NCBI GenBank assembly: GCA_002633005.1
Contig: NMRA01000277.1
Location: 1 to 64,000 of the forward strand
Direction of reading: 5' to 3'
Source of the DNA: Phoronis australis
Lineage: Eukaryota; Animalia; Phoronida
DNA: 64,000 nt
Made by a program: the position numbers and the translations under genes. Shown here piece by piece: positions 38,901 to 49,833 of the stretch (position 1 is its first letter; every line of letters begins with the position of its first letter). The notes under the pieces are model-generated. The model was not told the origin of the DNA, made no database searches, and saw only the letters and a list, made by a program, of their open reading frames with translations.

Positions 38901-41900
38901 AGAGACCTCAGTGATATCGAGCAATAAGTGTCAGTTCTTTCGACTGACGCCTTGAAATCGCCTGCAGTGTGACTACTTAAGGAAAAATTGCATACCTATT
39001 TCATACCAGTAAGTGGTCAAAATCAAGTTAGTTTCCGTAATGGAATTAAGGTAAGTTTATTGCCGCTTTAAAGTTTTGCTTCCGGTGCCACATCTTGTGT
39101 ATCTCTTTATTCGGCTCGCAAATGGTGTTCGCTCTTCTTTTCCCAGGAGTTCTTTATTCAGCCGGGCGGGCTACACGTTGTCTGCGTTGGTTCGGTGTGG
39201 GATAGTTGGCAGGCTATGAGAAAAGGTAATACGGTACTAATACTTTTCCCACACCCAGGCCGCATACTCGCTGCAGTGCTACAATACGAATTGTGGCTCC
39301 AGGACTCATTGCCTCTCTTTTTCAGACAGAATTTTATTTCGCCATCTTCGAGATTTTTGAAACAAGTTTTGGATTCTGAGAATTAAGTATTGTTTTACCT
39401 CCACAGATACCTAGTATTTCTATATGAAAATCTGAAATGATTATTTTACGAAAACTATCGTATAGCACAAAGCCAGACGGCATCTCCAACAAAATTTAAG
39501 TGAAGACGCCGGACGGTCAAAATGTTGTTTTCGCCCGTGCCCTTAGGGCAAGACACTAATGTTGATGGTTTTCCACTAACAATGTTTTCGAATATTCCAC
39601 ATTCTCTACAAACCTAAACTCGCAGGTGCCGTTATTCACTCAGTTTCCAGGTTTAAAGGCGATGGCAACCTGTTTCGTGTCATTTTTAGTAAAAATGTGT
39701 TCGTTGATTATTCCAAACATATTTTTCAGTTAATTACGACTTCTCGTAATTTAATGAATTAGCCTTACACTACTCAGGAAGTGGCATTTAGGGGGTTAAG
39801 GCTTTCCCGCCATTTTATTTCTGCGTTCGAGTCTACTGTTGTTGTCGTTCTGTTTTCCTAAAATTGTCATCACCACTTACCATCAACGAATGTTCTACGA
39901 TAAGCTAGGTTGTTGGAGAACTCAATTATGTTGGATTTAGGGATCGCTTAGTTTGTAGTAGCCTGAAAATGGCTGGAGTCGGCGACCCCTACCATAGTGA
40001 CGTGAGTGACGGCCTGTTCACTGGATGACGAACTGTCTTCCTCACTGGGTGTTGAACTGGGCCTGTATTCACTCCCACTACTGAACATCGCTGCAGGGCT
40101 GCTTACACTCTCTGGGCTGAAGACAACACTAACATAGGGCGAATCACTGCCAGTTCCCAGGATTGCACGCTCTGGAGTACGTTCGGAGGCACGGATGACA
40201 GTAGATGAAGGGCCTCCAGTCACTGTACAGGCCACAGCTCGCGAGGTTTCTCACTTCAAAAATGCACCTATCGGGGGTGGCGACGGGGCCCTGCCGGGAA
40301 TCAACAACGACGGTATGGCGTCCTTCTTCAGGCGTAACGGTTGTTTTGCAGGAAATTTCATCAATTCCACGTACACATTTCTTTCGTAATCCAACGGCAG
40401 AAAATGCTTGTCACATACTCTGTAAGTCTCCACTGCTTTGTACATTGTGTGGACGGGTAACGCTGCGTTCTTCACACGAACGAGCCAAGTATGGCGGAGT
40501 GTGTCATCTTTCGAAAAGCGGTGTAATGACAAACCCAAAGTGCACGTTAGACGATAATGAGTACGCAGCAACCGTGCGGCATCTAGACTGACTCGTAAAC
40601 AAACGAAATGATGACCGATTTTATCACAACCGCGGTAAAACAATGACTGACTCGGCAGCTCACACACTCAGACTATATGAAAACGAAAATGTGGAAAATT
40701 CTTAACCTCCTAAACGTCACTTCCGGAGTAGGGCTCGACTAATTAATTAAATTACGAGAAGACATAATCAACTAAAAATATATCTGGGATAATCAACGAA
40801 CCTGGTGGTTGGGTACTGCTCCGGGCTCGTTGCACGCGCTAGCTGTTAGCTCGCTGAGTGTCTCGTTCGATAGGACACTTGAATACAACCAATCACTTCA
40901 ATGGCCATCATTTTGCTTGGCTATGCAAGAAAGCTTTCACGATCACTTTGGCTTATCGCAGTTTTGTTCGTGCTGTTGCAAAAATCATAAGTAAGTCCAC
41001 GAAAGTATTTTATTTCTGGAAACATGCATGGGTGCTTGTGCATATCAGGCGATACTCAGCCGATCCCGCCGATTGAGTTCCATCCCGATGCCTAACATGA
41101 TTGGGCGATTTTTTATCAGATCAACACAGCCGAATTGAGATTTTTGACGCCAACACCCCGCTGACGTTGGCGATAATCTCCTGGTAATTAATCGACTGTT
41201 GACCGACAATCAGAAAGGCCGATATGACCATTTTTCTGCCGCAATATTGACCGGATTGGGATTGGAACCTCGGTGTGAACGGGGTATTACCTTTCCTGGC
41301 GTACACTTTTGTTCGATCGCACTTCTGTCTTCGTGACCTTGGTTGAGGGCACGCCTGTACTTTTTGTTAAACAGTTTAATTTATACTCGATCGTAGTCTC
41401 CATACAATCCACAAGTCAAAATAGTTGCTATAATTCGAGACCACATCATGTCTCATCATCAGACTATAGGAGAAATGAACGTGGAAATGAAATAAACCAA
41501 GTTTGCCTTCAACTAAGTTTGTCTCATTCAAGAGCCAAATTAAGATTGATTTCTGTGACCCCCGTAATAATATGGGCTGCCGTCAGTCACCGACGACTTT
41601 CCAACCGCCATAATTGCCACACTGCCCCCCGTCCCCCAATTTTTACTCCTCGTTGACCCAGCATGACTTTCCAGGAGGCCCCTGCTAGTGTGTATGAGGG
41701 GAGGCTCTTAGTGCGAACTGGGGCCCCTCAGCTGTAGCTTATATTATTTACTTTAATGGGTAGTCCGGTACAGGGTACATTATACTTACAAACTTTTTCT
41801 ATGAAAGTCTTTCATTGTCGACTATGCCGAAATACACCATCGTCTTCCCGTGTATTGTTGTATAAAATGATACAGCGAAAACCTGTGCAAATTTAATGTA

Positions 41901-42930
41901 AAGCGTTGACCAAAAGGCAGCAAATACACGAATTTCTGCGTGATACTCAAATCTGTCTGTTGGTTAATATACATATTTTCTTAGAAGTCTACTGTACCTA
42001 AAGGCGCACCAAAACCTCTTCTGGGGACTTCACCCAACAAAGCTGGGGTGCGCTCCGTAGATCAAGTTTCTGTCGAGAAAACCTACATGTAGATAACGCA
42101 AGACCACGCTGAATCATTTGAGTGAAAGGCGAATTTACATGTAGGAAGTGAGCTTGTACCTTGACTCGCGCACCGTGACTTGCAAAACGAGCGACAATGA
42201 AATCATTGATCGGCGAGGCCTCAATGAAATGTTAAGTTAAATTGTAAGTAAAACTGCTATTTTCATGCCTCATGTCAAGATTTCTCGCCGCAAATTTCTC
42301 GCATTACGGAACGCATCCCGGTCTCTCACCTGTTGTTACACCGCAGTTCCTCCACCGGACAATAAAAACTTTATGAGATCGTTACGAAAGGTCAAATTTC
42401 TGAAATATATAGAAGCAGAATTTGCAAGTTACGTGGTAAAATTCATGTCAATGGAAGTTGCGGTGAACTCCGTGCAAAATCACGATTTTTATTTAAAAAT
42501 GGTCACGTGATTACAGACGTTTGGGCATAATTTTCGTGTAAACAATGAGTTTCTATGAATCAGGGTTTGTTTCGTGGATTTACTATTAATCTTTAAAATA
42601 GTATCCAAGAAAGCATTGGTAACGAAACTTGTCAGTTAGAAATACCTCTCGAATATTTCTTGAGTTACAGGTTTTATTGATGGCATATCCTCCAGGACAT
42701 ACCCCGAACTAAAAGAAGTGTCTCTGGTTCGACTGAAGGTGCCGGCAGCAATCGGAGCGGCCTACCTCGGCGCCAAGCACGCCGGTTATTTTATTCCACT
42801 GAACCATAAGGACAACATTGAAGTTTTCTTCCGTCACGTGATATCGCCGTCTGACTACACCGGTACGAAGAAGACTCATGTTCCTACAGTTATCAAGTTT
42901 GACTCCGCTCCACTAAAACATTGCTTGTAG
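20958..42930 (+). CDS. NAGK: N-acetyl-D-glucosamine kinase-like protein (ASKHA/BcrAD_BadFG fold); 8 exons, 370 aa
   Basis: join(20958-20995,25304-25388,26636-26734,27869-28121,28859-28971,38110-38295,39147-39225,42671-42930) = 1113 nt, GT-AG and frame-consistent. Motifs: GGIEGGGSKS, TNHF, GLSLCG, GGMVLIAGTGSNC, DPLC..LF..AG..LARHV, VCVGSVWDSW, AIGAAYLGAK. Orthology versus paralogy is not established. Confidence 0.9.
21393..21546. mobile_element. Short TIR element (MITE)
   Basis: cgttcagtaacgct... / ...agcgttactgaacg with internal ctaggacc/ggtcctag inverted motifs. Confidence 0.5.
21955..22440. mobile_element. Possible old TTAA-flanked (Kolobok-like) MITE
   Basis: ttaa|agttatgaaaaacc ... gggtctacataacc|ttaa; weak TIR. 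Confidence 0.35.
23999..24265. mobile_element. MITE with 5-bp TSD (hAT5-like)
   Basis: TIR catgcgcgcacc / ggtgcgcgcatg; aaatg duplicated at 23994-23998 and 24266-24270. Confidence 0.75.
25304..25388 (+). CDS. NAGK: NAGK-like exon 2
   Basis: gttacag|; GGSKSRMVLVDERGRVVAETEGEDTNHF; |gtaagt. Confidence 0.92.
25707..25860. mobile_element. MITE with 5-bp TSD (hAT5-like)
   Basis: cagggacggatccagg ... taaatccgccactg; gcacc duplicated at 25702-25706 and 25861-25865. Confidence 0.72.
26155..26310. repeat. CT-rich low-complexity tract
   Basis: Polypyrimidine run with ctcc and ctcg repeats. Confidence 0.7.
26636..26734 (+). CDS. NAGK: NAGK-like exon 3
   Basis: cttcaag|; CIGYEECGRRLFGMVQSIKAKVGLGDNEAITAL; |gtaagt. 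Confidence 0.9.
26871..27773 (-). mobile_element. hAT5-like non-autonomous element, inverted relative to the 30439 copy
   Basis: catatacggatttagg ... gtgatatcctagatccaccactg; flanks aactt/aacta; 27660-27773 is the reverse complement of 30439-30550. Confidence 0.65.
27869..28121 (+). CDS. NAGK: NAGK-like exon 4
   Basis: gtttcag|; GLSLCGIDYPE...CNDTLCPIFTSSNSGGMVLIAGTGSNC...CGGYSKSLGSEGS; |gtacgt. Confidence 0.93.
28859..28971 (+). CDS. NAGK: NAGK-like exon 5
   Basis: tttttcag|; ASWIALNSIKTILAHDANLRRSSFDTQFVKDAIYRHFQ; |gtgagc. Confidence 0.92.
29030..29093. repeat. Degenerate (TTAC)n microsatellite
   Basis: ttacttacttatttacttacttact... Confidence 0.7.
29215..29593. mobile_element. Tc1/mariner-type MITE with an internal duplication
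   Basis: TA|ccgtattgccgcgcc ... ggcgcgtcaatacgg|TA; internal segment at about 29250-29335 is repeated at about 29478-29565. Confidence 0.7.
30439..31120 (+). mobile_element. hAT5-like element spanning the N gap
   Basis: cagtggcggatctagg ... ctaaatccgcctatg; ttatt duplicated at 30434-30438 and 31121-31125. Confidence 0.72.
33259..33659 (+). mobile_element. PIF/Harbinger-type MITE (401 bp), copy A
   Basis: TIR ggcccggtctc(t/c)aatcttt; flanks cta/ctg; near-identical inverted copy at 58505-58905; internal aactcgaaa motifs. Confidence 0.85.
35349..36666 (-). mobile_element. Kolobok-type non-autonomous element; fold-back derivative with two THAP-side ends
   Basis: ttaa|aggcgaaggcaacc ... ggttgctttcgctt|ttag. 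Frameshifted THAP (MPRCHCVPGC..RFPKDD..W..VCGKHF) from 36401 on the - strand; a second THAP start (ATG 35612) on the + strand. Confidence 0.85.
35656..36401 (-). pseudogene. Frameshifted Kolobok transposase N-terminus (THAP domain, acidic linker, zinc-finger remnant)
   Basis: ORFs 36192-36401, 36176-36463, 36031-36300 and 35603-36034 together give a THAP domain and WECVAGHSGKWDS. Confidence 0.8.
38110..38295 (+). CDS. NAGK: NAGK-like exon 6
   Basis: tctatag|; VSSNQDLVQSVYSATDSFFAKLCEELSRGASELADPLCCSLFDQAGFMLARHVLALVPRVDQ; |gtatgg. Confidence 0.92.
39147..39225 (+). CDS. NAGK: NAGK-like exon 7
   Basis: ttcccag|; EFFIQPGGLHVVCVGSVWDSWQAMRK; |gtaata. Confidence 0.92.
39657..40803 (-). mobile_element. 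Kolobok-type non-autonomous element, internally deleted, right TIR truncated
   Basis: ttaa|aggcgatggcaacc; KolX-like start (MAGVGDPYHSD, ATG 39969, +) joined to a - strand THAP region (LHRFSKDD..TW..VCDKHF..AIPSL, ORF 40251-40667). Confidence 0.85.
42671..42930 (+). CDS. NAGK: NAGK-like exon 8 (terminal)
   Basis: gttacag|; GFIDGISSRTYPELKEVSLVRLKVPAAIGAAYLGAKHAGYFIPLNHKDNIEVFF...KHCL*. Confidence 0.92.
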
Positions 42931-43210
42931 TGAAAATGGAAATGTCACCTCATTTCGCAGATTCCTTTATGCGCACGTTGTTTATAGGTTGATAAATGAT
43001 AGGCTTTAATTTGATCGATTGAGTATTGTGACGTTTCCCAAAAGCTTATAAGTTCAACTACAAACTAAGAAGGATTAGACAGAACACCCATCAGTATCGA
43101 ATACAACCACTAATCGGCTTAGGGTTTAGTCTTACGTATCAATCTACCAGGTACATGGTTAATTGTGATCAGTGTGATCTATCTTGTTTTCTTATGCCAT
43201 CCGGTGCGGA

Positions 43211-43216
43211 AATAAA
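43211..43216 (+). promoter_or_regulatory. Candidate polyadenylation signal for the NAGK-like gene
   Basis: AATAAA about 280 nt after the stop codon. Confidence 0.35.
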
Positions 43217-43430
43217 CACGTACTACTAAGTACGACGGCCACGTGCATACCAAAAAAAGAGTCCAACTACGGGTCTAAACCCCATGATTACGACTAGCGT
43301 AAGATGTTCAAAACCACTGTTGTCTTTCTTCAAAGGAACCAAAAAGCGGAACTACGTGCATCAAAATCTCCCTTGATGATAACGGCGTATGTACTTGCTT
43401 AGACACCAAAATTGGAAACTAAGTCCAAAT

Positions 43431-43436
43431 TTTATT
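43431..43436 (-). promoter_or_regulatory. Candidate polyadenylation signal for the dopamine receptor
   Basis: tttatt (AATAAA on the - strand) about 290 nt after the stop codon. Confidence 0.35.
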
Positions 43437-43723
43437 CAATACAGTGACACATTACAAACCCTGACACTGTTAACCAACAGCCCCATCGGGAACACCTCAT
43501 GTATTTCCGTAGCTTCCCTCGGAGTTGTGTTGTATCCACGCATGTGCGAACTTCAGTCGTACGGCGAGTCGAGTGACTTTCACCCTAGAACTCTAGCCCA
43601 CTAACTGAAAAACGGTTGGTAGGACGACTGCAGTTAGCACACGTGCAGACGTGAAACACGTCCGAGAGAAAGCGTGAAAATATCAATGATATTCCAGATG
43701 CATCAGCCCATGACTAGAGGCGA

Positions 43724-45376
43724 TCACATGGTGTGAGAGGTGGTGTTATCACCATGGTACTCTTTGGCAATGCCGCTCAAACACGCGGATGAGTAAAACT
43801 CGGAATTCCTGAAACGTCTATTGCGCAGTCTTTTCATATACATTTTTTGTCTTTGCTTACTAGAAAATGCACAAAGAATTCTGATAAAAGCGCGACGGAA
43901 ATCTTTCATTGAGCACGCGTAAATAACCGGGTTCATTCCTGAATTGATATATCCCAACCACGTGAAGACGGGAAATACAATTTCAACATGACTAACACAT
44001 GTGTGACAGATTGCTATAAGAAGATTCATAATGAAGAACGGCAACCAGCAGACAACAAATACTCCCATTACGATACCAAGGGTTTTAGCAGCCTTTCGTT
44101 CACGAGCTATTTTGCTGAGTTTCTTTTTGACGGCAAAATTTCTCAGTTTTTTCTTAATGAACGTGGCCGTACTCTGGTGGCTATGGTGAGAAGAGTGTGG
44201 GTGTGAATCGTCAGTGTCGTTGGAGTTGAAATCTCCCTCACGGCACTGGAAGTGTTCCACACTTTCCTGCGTCGATAACGGCCTTCCTGCTGGGTTAACA
44301 ATGGAACTGTTAGGGGATAGAGTTAAAGACCCGTTCGAACTAAGGGTGGGGTGCGAAGTACCTCCGCGATGTACCCTCAACAGGAGCACCTCCACGCCGT
44401 TTTTCCCATTTGATTGGCTAAGTTTTTTTGAGCCTGTTTTAAAACTTTTAATTTGCTCCACAGCTGTCCTGTATATTCGTAGGTAAACAAATATCATAAT
44501 AAATAAGGGTATGTAAAATGAGACCATCGATGAAAGAATGAGATACGCTGTGTTTTCTGTAAAGACGCACTCCGTTTCGGTAATGTTCTTGGGCATCACT
44601 TCTCTCCACCAGGCGATGGCGGGAAAACTTATGACGGCGCTGCACAACCACACCAACAGAATAGAGAGAGACGCTCTAAACTTTGACATTTTTCTTGGAT
44701 ATTGAATAGGGTCACTAACCGCCCAATAGCGATCCAAAGAAATAACACAAAGATTGAGTATAGACGCTGTAGACCCCAACACGTCGAAGGAGTGCCATAG
44801 GTCACAGAACAGTAACCCGTAGGACCAACGACCGTTTGTTATCTCTTGGGAAATAGCGAAAGGCATGACGATGATCCCAACTATAATATCGGCGCACGCG
44901 AGCGACACCACCAGGAAGTTTGTTACACTACGTAAATATCTTTCCCGCCAAACGGCGATTATCACCAGTAGGTTCCCGGTTATTGTAATGACGCAAAACG
45001 AACCGAGAAGTAACCCAAGCGCAACAGAACGCCATTCGAAGCTCCCGGCGCTGTACTCGTTGGAAGAACTTGTGTTCCTTCCTCCTTGGTAACTTGTGTT
45101 CATGGCTTCTGCTGCTACGCCAGTTGGCGTGTAGCTATCTGTACTTGAAGAGAAAAAATCCATGGTATTAAATGCTCTTCCGTCGTGCAAATCTGGTGTT
45201 GGTCTGGAGTAGTTAAGCATCGACGCATTCTCGAACCGGAAAACGTCACTTTTCGGCATTGTTGAATAGGAATCGATGCTTGTAGTCACTTGACTTTGCG
45301 AATGAATGAAAATTCGTTCGTGATGCTCAAAGTCATCCCTGAGACCAGCGTCTATAAGTTCATTGTGAGATGACAT
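43724..45376 (-). CDS. Dop1R2: Invertebrate-type D1-like dopamine receptor (Dop1R2/INDR family), class A GPCR, 550 aa, intronless CDS
   Basis: 7 TM segments; GN in TM1; LACAD in TM2; CDLWHSFDVLGSTASILNLCVISLDRYWA (amine-binding Asp plus DRY); ISFPAIAWW; TM5 serines SSMVSFYIP; LRVHRGG and ERKAAKTLGIVMGVFVVCWLPFF; WLGYINSGMNPVIYAC. An acceptor-like tgtcaatttcag near 45476 suggests upstream 5'UTR exon(s). Confidence 0.93.
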   Translation of the reverse strand: MSSHNELIDAGLRDDFEHHERIFIHSQSQVTTSIDSYSTMPKSDVFRFENASMLNYSRPTPDLHDGRAFNTMDFFSSSTDSYTPTGVAAEAMNTSYQGGRNTSSSNEYSAGSFEWRSVALGLLLGSFCVITITGNLLVIIAVWRERYLRSVTNFLVVSLACADIIVGIIVMPFAISQEITNGRWSYGLLFCDLWHSFDVLGSTASILNLCVISLDRYWAVSDPIQYPRKMSKFRASLSILLVWLCSAVISFPAIAWWREVMPKNITETECVFTENTAYLILSSMVSFYIPLFIMIFVYLRIYRTAVEQIKSFKTGSKKLSQSNGKNGVEVLLLRVHRGGTSHPTLSSNGSLTLSPNSSIVNPAGRPLSTQESVEHFQCREGDFNSNDTDDSHPHSSHHSHQSTATFIKKKLRNFAVKKKLSKIARERKAAKTLGIVMGVFVVCWLPFFIMNLLIAICHTCVSHVEIVFPVFTWLGYINSGMNPVIYACSMKDFRRAFIRILCAFSSKQRQKMYMKRLRNRRFRNSEFYSSACLSGIAKEYHGDNTTSHTM

Positions 45377-45831
45377 GGATGACGGTCATTCAACAGTTTT
45401 CTCCAAGTTGTCCACGCATTTTTGCCTAAAACTGTCCAATGTGATTGCTCTGTTTTGCCTTCTTGGAAGTTGCTTCTGAAATTGACAAAACTGTGTATAG
45501 GCAACTTGTACTTTAGCTCATTATCATTTTACCATTTATTATCTATAATCTGCCTGGACATTGTTTCATTAAAAGTCGCAATTTTACACAGACTCTAAGC
45601 CGAGACTTACGAACAGTCGTAAGTTTTGTCGTAATCCTACTAAAAGCTCGTAAATCTACAACGTTTTAGTGACACAGCTCTTGTCTTTAACAGCTAGTGA
45701 CTGGGCATACGTTTAATGTGGTTGAGAAAAGCTTGTTCGCCACCGTAGACATGAAAATCATAAGTTCGAATCGTGAACTGTAAAGCTGTGTAGTTGGTTA
45801 TGACAAGGTATGTACCAGTAGGCGTGCAGAT

Positions 45832-46580
45832 TTTGGTAGTACTAGAGAGCAACAGAGGGAGCATATTTGGTAGTACTAGAGAGCAACAGAGGGTGCATAA
45901 TTACTTGGTAGCTAGAGAGGAACAGAGGGTGCATCGTATTTGGTAGTACTAGACTCGCTGGTTCCCTAGCGTGCCTAGCCAGCACGCAGGTATCCCCCAA
46001 TGGCGCGCGCTTTAGCATTGGTTGATGTAACCTCAGCAGTCATTGGTTAGCTTTACAACACCGTGAAAAAATGGTGGACTGTGAACGATTTTTAGCCTTT
46101 TCATGCAAGTGGCGTCGCAGCAAACATTACGTTTCTGCAGAGATGTTTAATAGTCGCGTGCTTGAAGCACATATCTGACCGATTAAACCGGTGTGTTATT
46201 CATACTGTATGAATACAGGACAGTATCGTGAACAAAGTCATCGACAGTAGAAAGATGCAATCCGAAAAGGCACAATCACTATTTCTAGGATTCACATTTC
46301 ATGAACATAAATTTTAAGCACCAATTTGTCTGTACAACAGACCACTTTTACACTTCAGTCCATCAGTCATGCCAGTTTGTTTGCTTAAAGCGCTGCCTGG
46401 TGAGAATTCGACTAGCCAATCAGAAACGCCGGTGTAAAAAAATTCCCGAGGAAAATCAATTGATACCTGCGTGCTGGCTACTGGCCACCTAGCGGCACGC
46501 AGGGAACCAACGAGAGTACTAGAGAGCAACAGAGGGCGCATATTTGGAAGTACTAGAGAGCAACAGAAGGCGCACATTTG
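45832..46580. repeat. About 34-bp minisatellite interrupted by a TIR element
   Basis: Units ttggtagtactagagagcaacagagggNgcata at 45832-45953 resume at 46515-46580. Confidence 0.8.
45954..46514. mobile_element. TIR element with a 9-bp TSD (Mutator-like or AcademH-like)
   Basis: TIR ctcgctggttccct..gccagcacgcaggtatc / gatacctgcgtgctggc..agggaaccaacgag; agtactaga duplicated at 45945-45953 and 46515-46523. Confidence 0.72.
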
Positions 46581-49500
46581 CTATGCATTTAATTTCATGA
46601 ATGAGTGGCTGCATGTTTGGAGATTGACGGGAGACTGTGTTAAGAGCCTGATACCTGACGTCACATTGCGTAACATCAGCGTCAAGTTACAGCCGACTGC
46701 CAACAATGAGTCCAAGAATAGAGCCATTAGATGTATTTAAAATTCAAGCACGTAATCAAAATATTATCCGTGTTTATCAGAAATTCGATTTCAATGTTTG
46801 ACCAGTATTTCAAGACACCAGTGTCCATATTTTCTGAATACATTACGAGATACGAATCAATGGTACGATAGCGTCTTGGAATCGACTCGCAAGAGAAACA
46901 AGACCAGGAGGTACTCTACAAGTATTCTGTTGCTCAAAAAGAATTATTTTCGAATGACGTTTTCCACGTAGACTGTATTTGCAGTTTCCCGTGGTTAATT
47001 AAACGCAGAGTTTCTTTCAACGTCAAACGACGATAACGTCCTTAGCACGCATCCTGTTCCGACTGCAGCATACTGGACATTTTTATGACTTCTCGTGCAC
47101 ATGTCTGGAATGAAGAACTATGGAAAATCCTCCCATCTCGACACTTCAGTGCTTGGATGTGGGACATTTCGTTCGCGGTGCAGAGGTAGATTTTGCACAT
47201 TCCGCTGCGTTTGCGAAATTTCCCTTTATCCGTAAAAGGTCAACGACGTCTGGCAACTTCGTGTCAAACATTTTTCTCACGCCTAGTGAAATTTGCTTCA
47301 GCAGATACCTTGCATTAATGCCGTGAAAAAATTAAAATGCCTTATTTTCAATTAGCCAGACGTCATCCTCTCATTTGAGTGCAGTCATAGTGTTGTCATT
47401 GTCTTTCTTGACAACTATCGTCCGAGTTTGGCTGGATTAAAGCAAGGAGTGTAGTGTTACAGCAAACTCCTTGGTTAAAGTACATGTAGTTGCAGGCTGA
47501 TAGAAAACCGAACAAAAATCAGGGTAGCACCTAGTTATTAAACATAATCATTTGAGAAAAGCTCATTTCAAATGAGAAGGTGTTATGTAAAATTAGATGA
47601 AATTAGACGTCTGTTGTAACCGTTAATTGCTACTAAAATGGCCTAAGAACACAAACACGGTCGTCGTTGTGTAATAAATAATTTGAAAGTCATTATTAAT
47701 GCAAAATGTAAGCGCAGTTCATCGATTGTTCAAACAGATATTTTTAATCATCCGTGAGGGCTATCAATAGTTACAGTACGTAATCGTATACTCACGATGT
47801 TGATTTTTGGTCAAAATAGCTGTAGAAAACTGAGAACAATTGCTGACAATCTTTTGTATTTTGTAATTGAAGACAGTCTGACACCAGTAGCAGCAGCAAA
47901 TATACAAATGATCATAACTATCCCCATAGGGTGAATTCAATAGGACCCATGTTGCCATTCAGTGACGCCCTCACATTAAAGCCCATGTTGTCATTCAGTG
48001 ACAGTCAGATCAACAGTGCAACATCTTTATATTATGTTGAATAACCAATTCTGTCGGTTAAATAAGTGCATTTTAAGGCACAGAACTCGTTTAAGAACTC
48101 TTTCGGGCGCTTCATACTGGAGGACTATATAGTTGTACACTGCTAACGTGATTATCTTTAATTCCCAGCAATATTTGAACACTCGCCATTCTAATGCTAA
48201 TTTTACAGTTTAAGAATGACATACCGCTTGCCCTGATGGCACTATATATTGATATACTGGACGGAGTGCGATTTTTCTTTCTTTTCTTGTTCATCTTGGA
48301 AAAGTTGGCTAACCTACATGTAATCTTTCGAAGACTAGATCAACCAGTCCCCGTAAGAGAAGAGTTGAATGCCGACACCGTTTGCTATAGAGGTTGGTTA
48401 TTGGAAATTGCCTTTGTCTACAAATTAAGTGGAGAGAAATTACGACACTCTGACGAAATCGAAAAGGAACACAGTTAAATATGTATGCACTTAAGAAAAT
48501 CTCTTAAATATGCCGTAAAACCTCTACCGCCGCAAAAAACACGTTTTTATTTAAAGAAAATGGTTATGAAATTGGACTAAAAAATTTTTTCTTAACTAAT
48601 CAAATGTGAATTCGGGTTTCGGCAATACCTACTTTTTGCTGAATAGCTGTTAATTTATTTGGGCCGTTTATTGAAACAGTGCCTCTAGCGACTCGTGAAT
48701 CATTTATTTTGACGACGTCTCTCGTAGGCAAACGTGCCGACGGGTAATTTTACAGAAACCTTAATCCCGCGCTAAACTTCACCGATAGTCCTTTCCAACA
48801 CCGGAAATTACTCCAGCTTGAATAGGGATGAATTTGATGAGTGCTGTGAATCAAAAGTTTGTTTCTTTGACGGAAAACTGGTTTATAACCGCCTAAGGAA
48901 TATATAAGACAGATATGCGTATTTATCAAATACCTACAAAATAACAGATTTTAACTCATTAAAAATACATATTTCTGAAAGTAGAAAGCCTGTAAAATCT
49001 CTTTTTATGAATCTGCAATTAATTTGGTCGCGTGATCATGGGTTTCTAATAATATTTAACAAAAAAGCGCATGCATTGCAAAAAACGGTACCAATAATAC
49101 GACCAAATTTGTTTTGATATGAAATCACAAAAATGTTGTCACAGCTGGTTTCTAAATTATGATTTAAATTCCATTTTATCCTACTTTAGAGTGTGTTCTT
49201 AAAATGACAACAGATCTAGCGACTTTTATAGAACCTCATGCACAAGTAGAAGATTTTAAAAACAAGAACAGTGTATAAATCACAGTATCGGTACCTGACA
49301 GTTTTTTATGAATCTGGTCAGCCAATTCTGAGATACGACACACGAGTTCACAAGGTAATATAATCAAAAGCATGTAGCCGAGTGCACGCAGAACTGTTTC
49401 ATAATAAGGGTTTCATCTTTTCAATAAACATTTTGACGTTAAGAACCACACTTTACGCATACGTCATTCTTAAATAACTCATTCCTGATCAGCGCTGTGT

Positions 49501-49833
49501 CACAGGTTCATAGGATTTTAAAGGCGAAGTGATGATTTAACATCAGAAATTGTCGACGTGAACTAAATCCGTTACGACTTGACGGACATTGACCACTATT
49601 GTCAAAATAAGTCGCCATTTTTATATGAACACTGATCGGCTGCATTGCGTCAACAAACAATCACACGACTAGACTACAGAAAAACGTGTTCTCAGTCTTG
49701 TGCTCCATTGAAGGAGGCACTGCAAAACTGTGTGCAGGGGTCTGTGAAACAGTTTTTTGTGTAAAATGTATCGTAAGGCGCAGCCTCATGCTTCATCGAC
49801 TGGTGCTACCTGTTTAATTGCTTACAATATCAA

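Noticed and set aside
43988-45092. Plus-strand ORFs overlapping the GPCR
   Set aside because: Antisense shadows of the receptor CDS.
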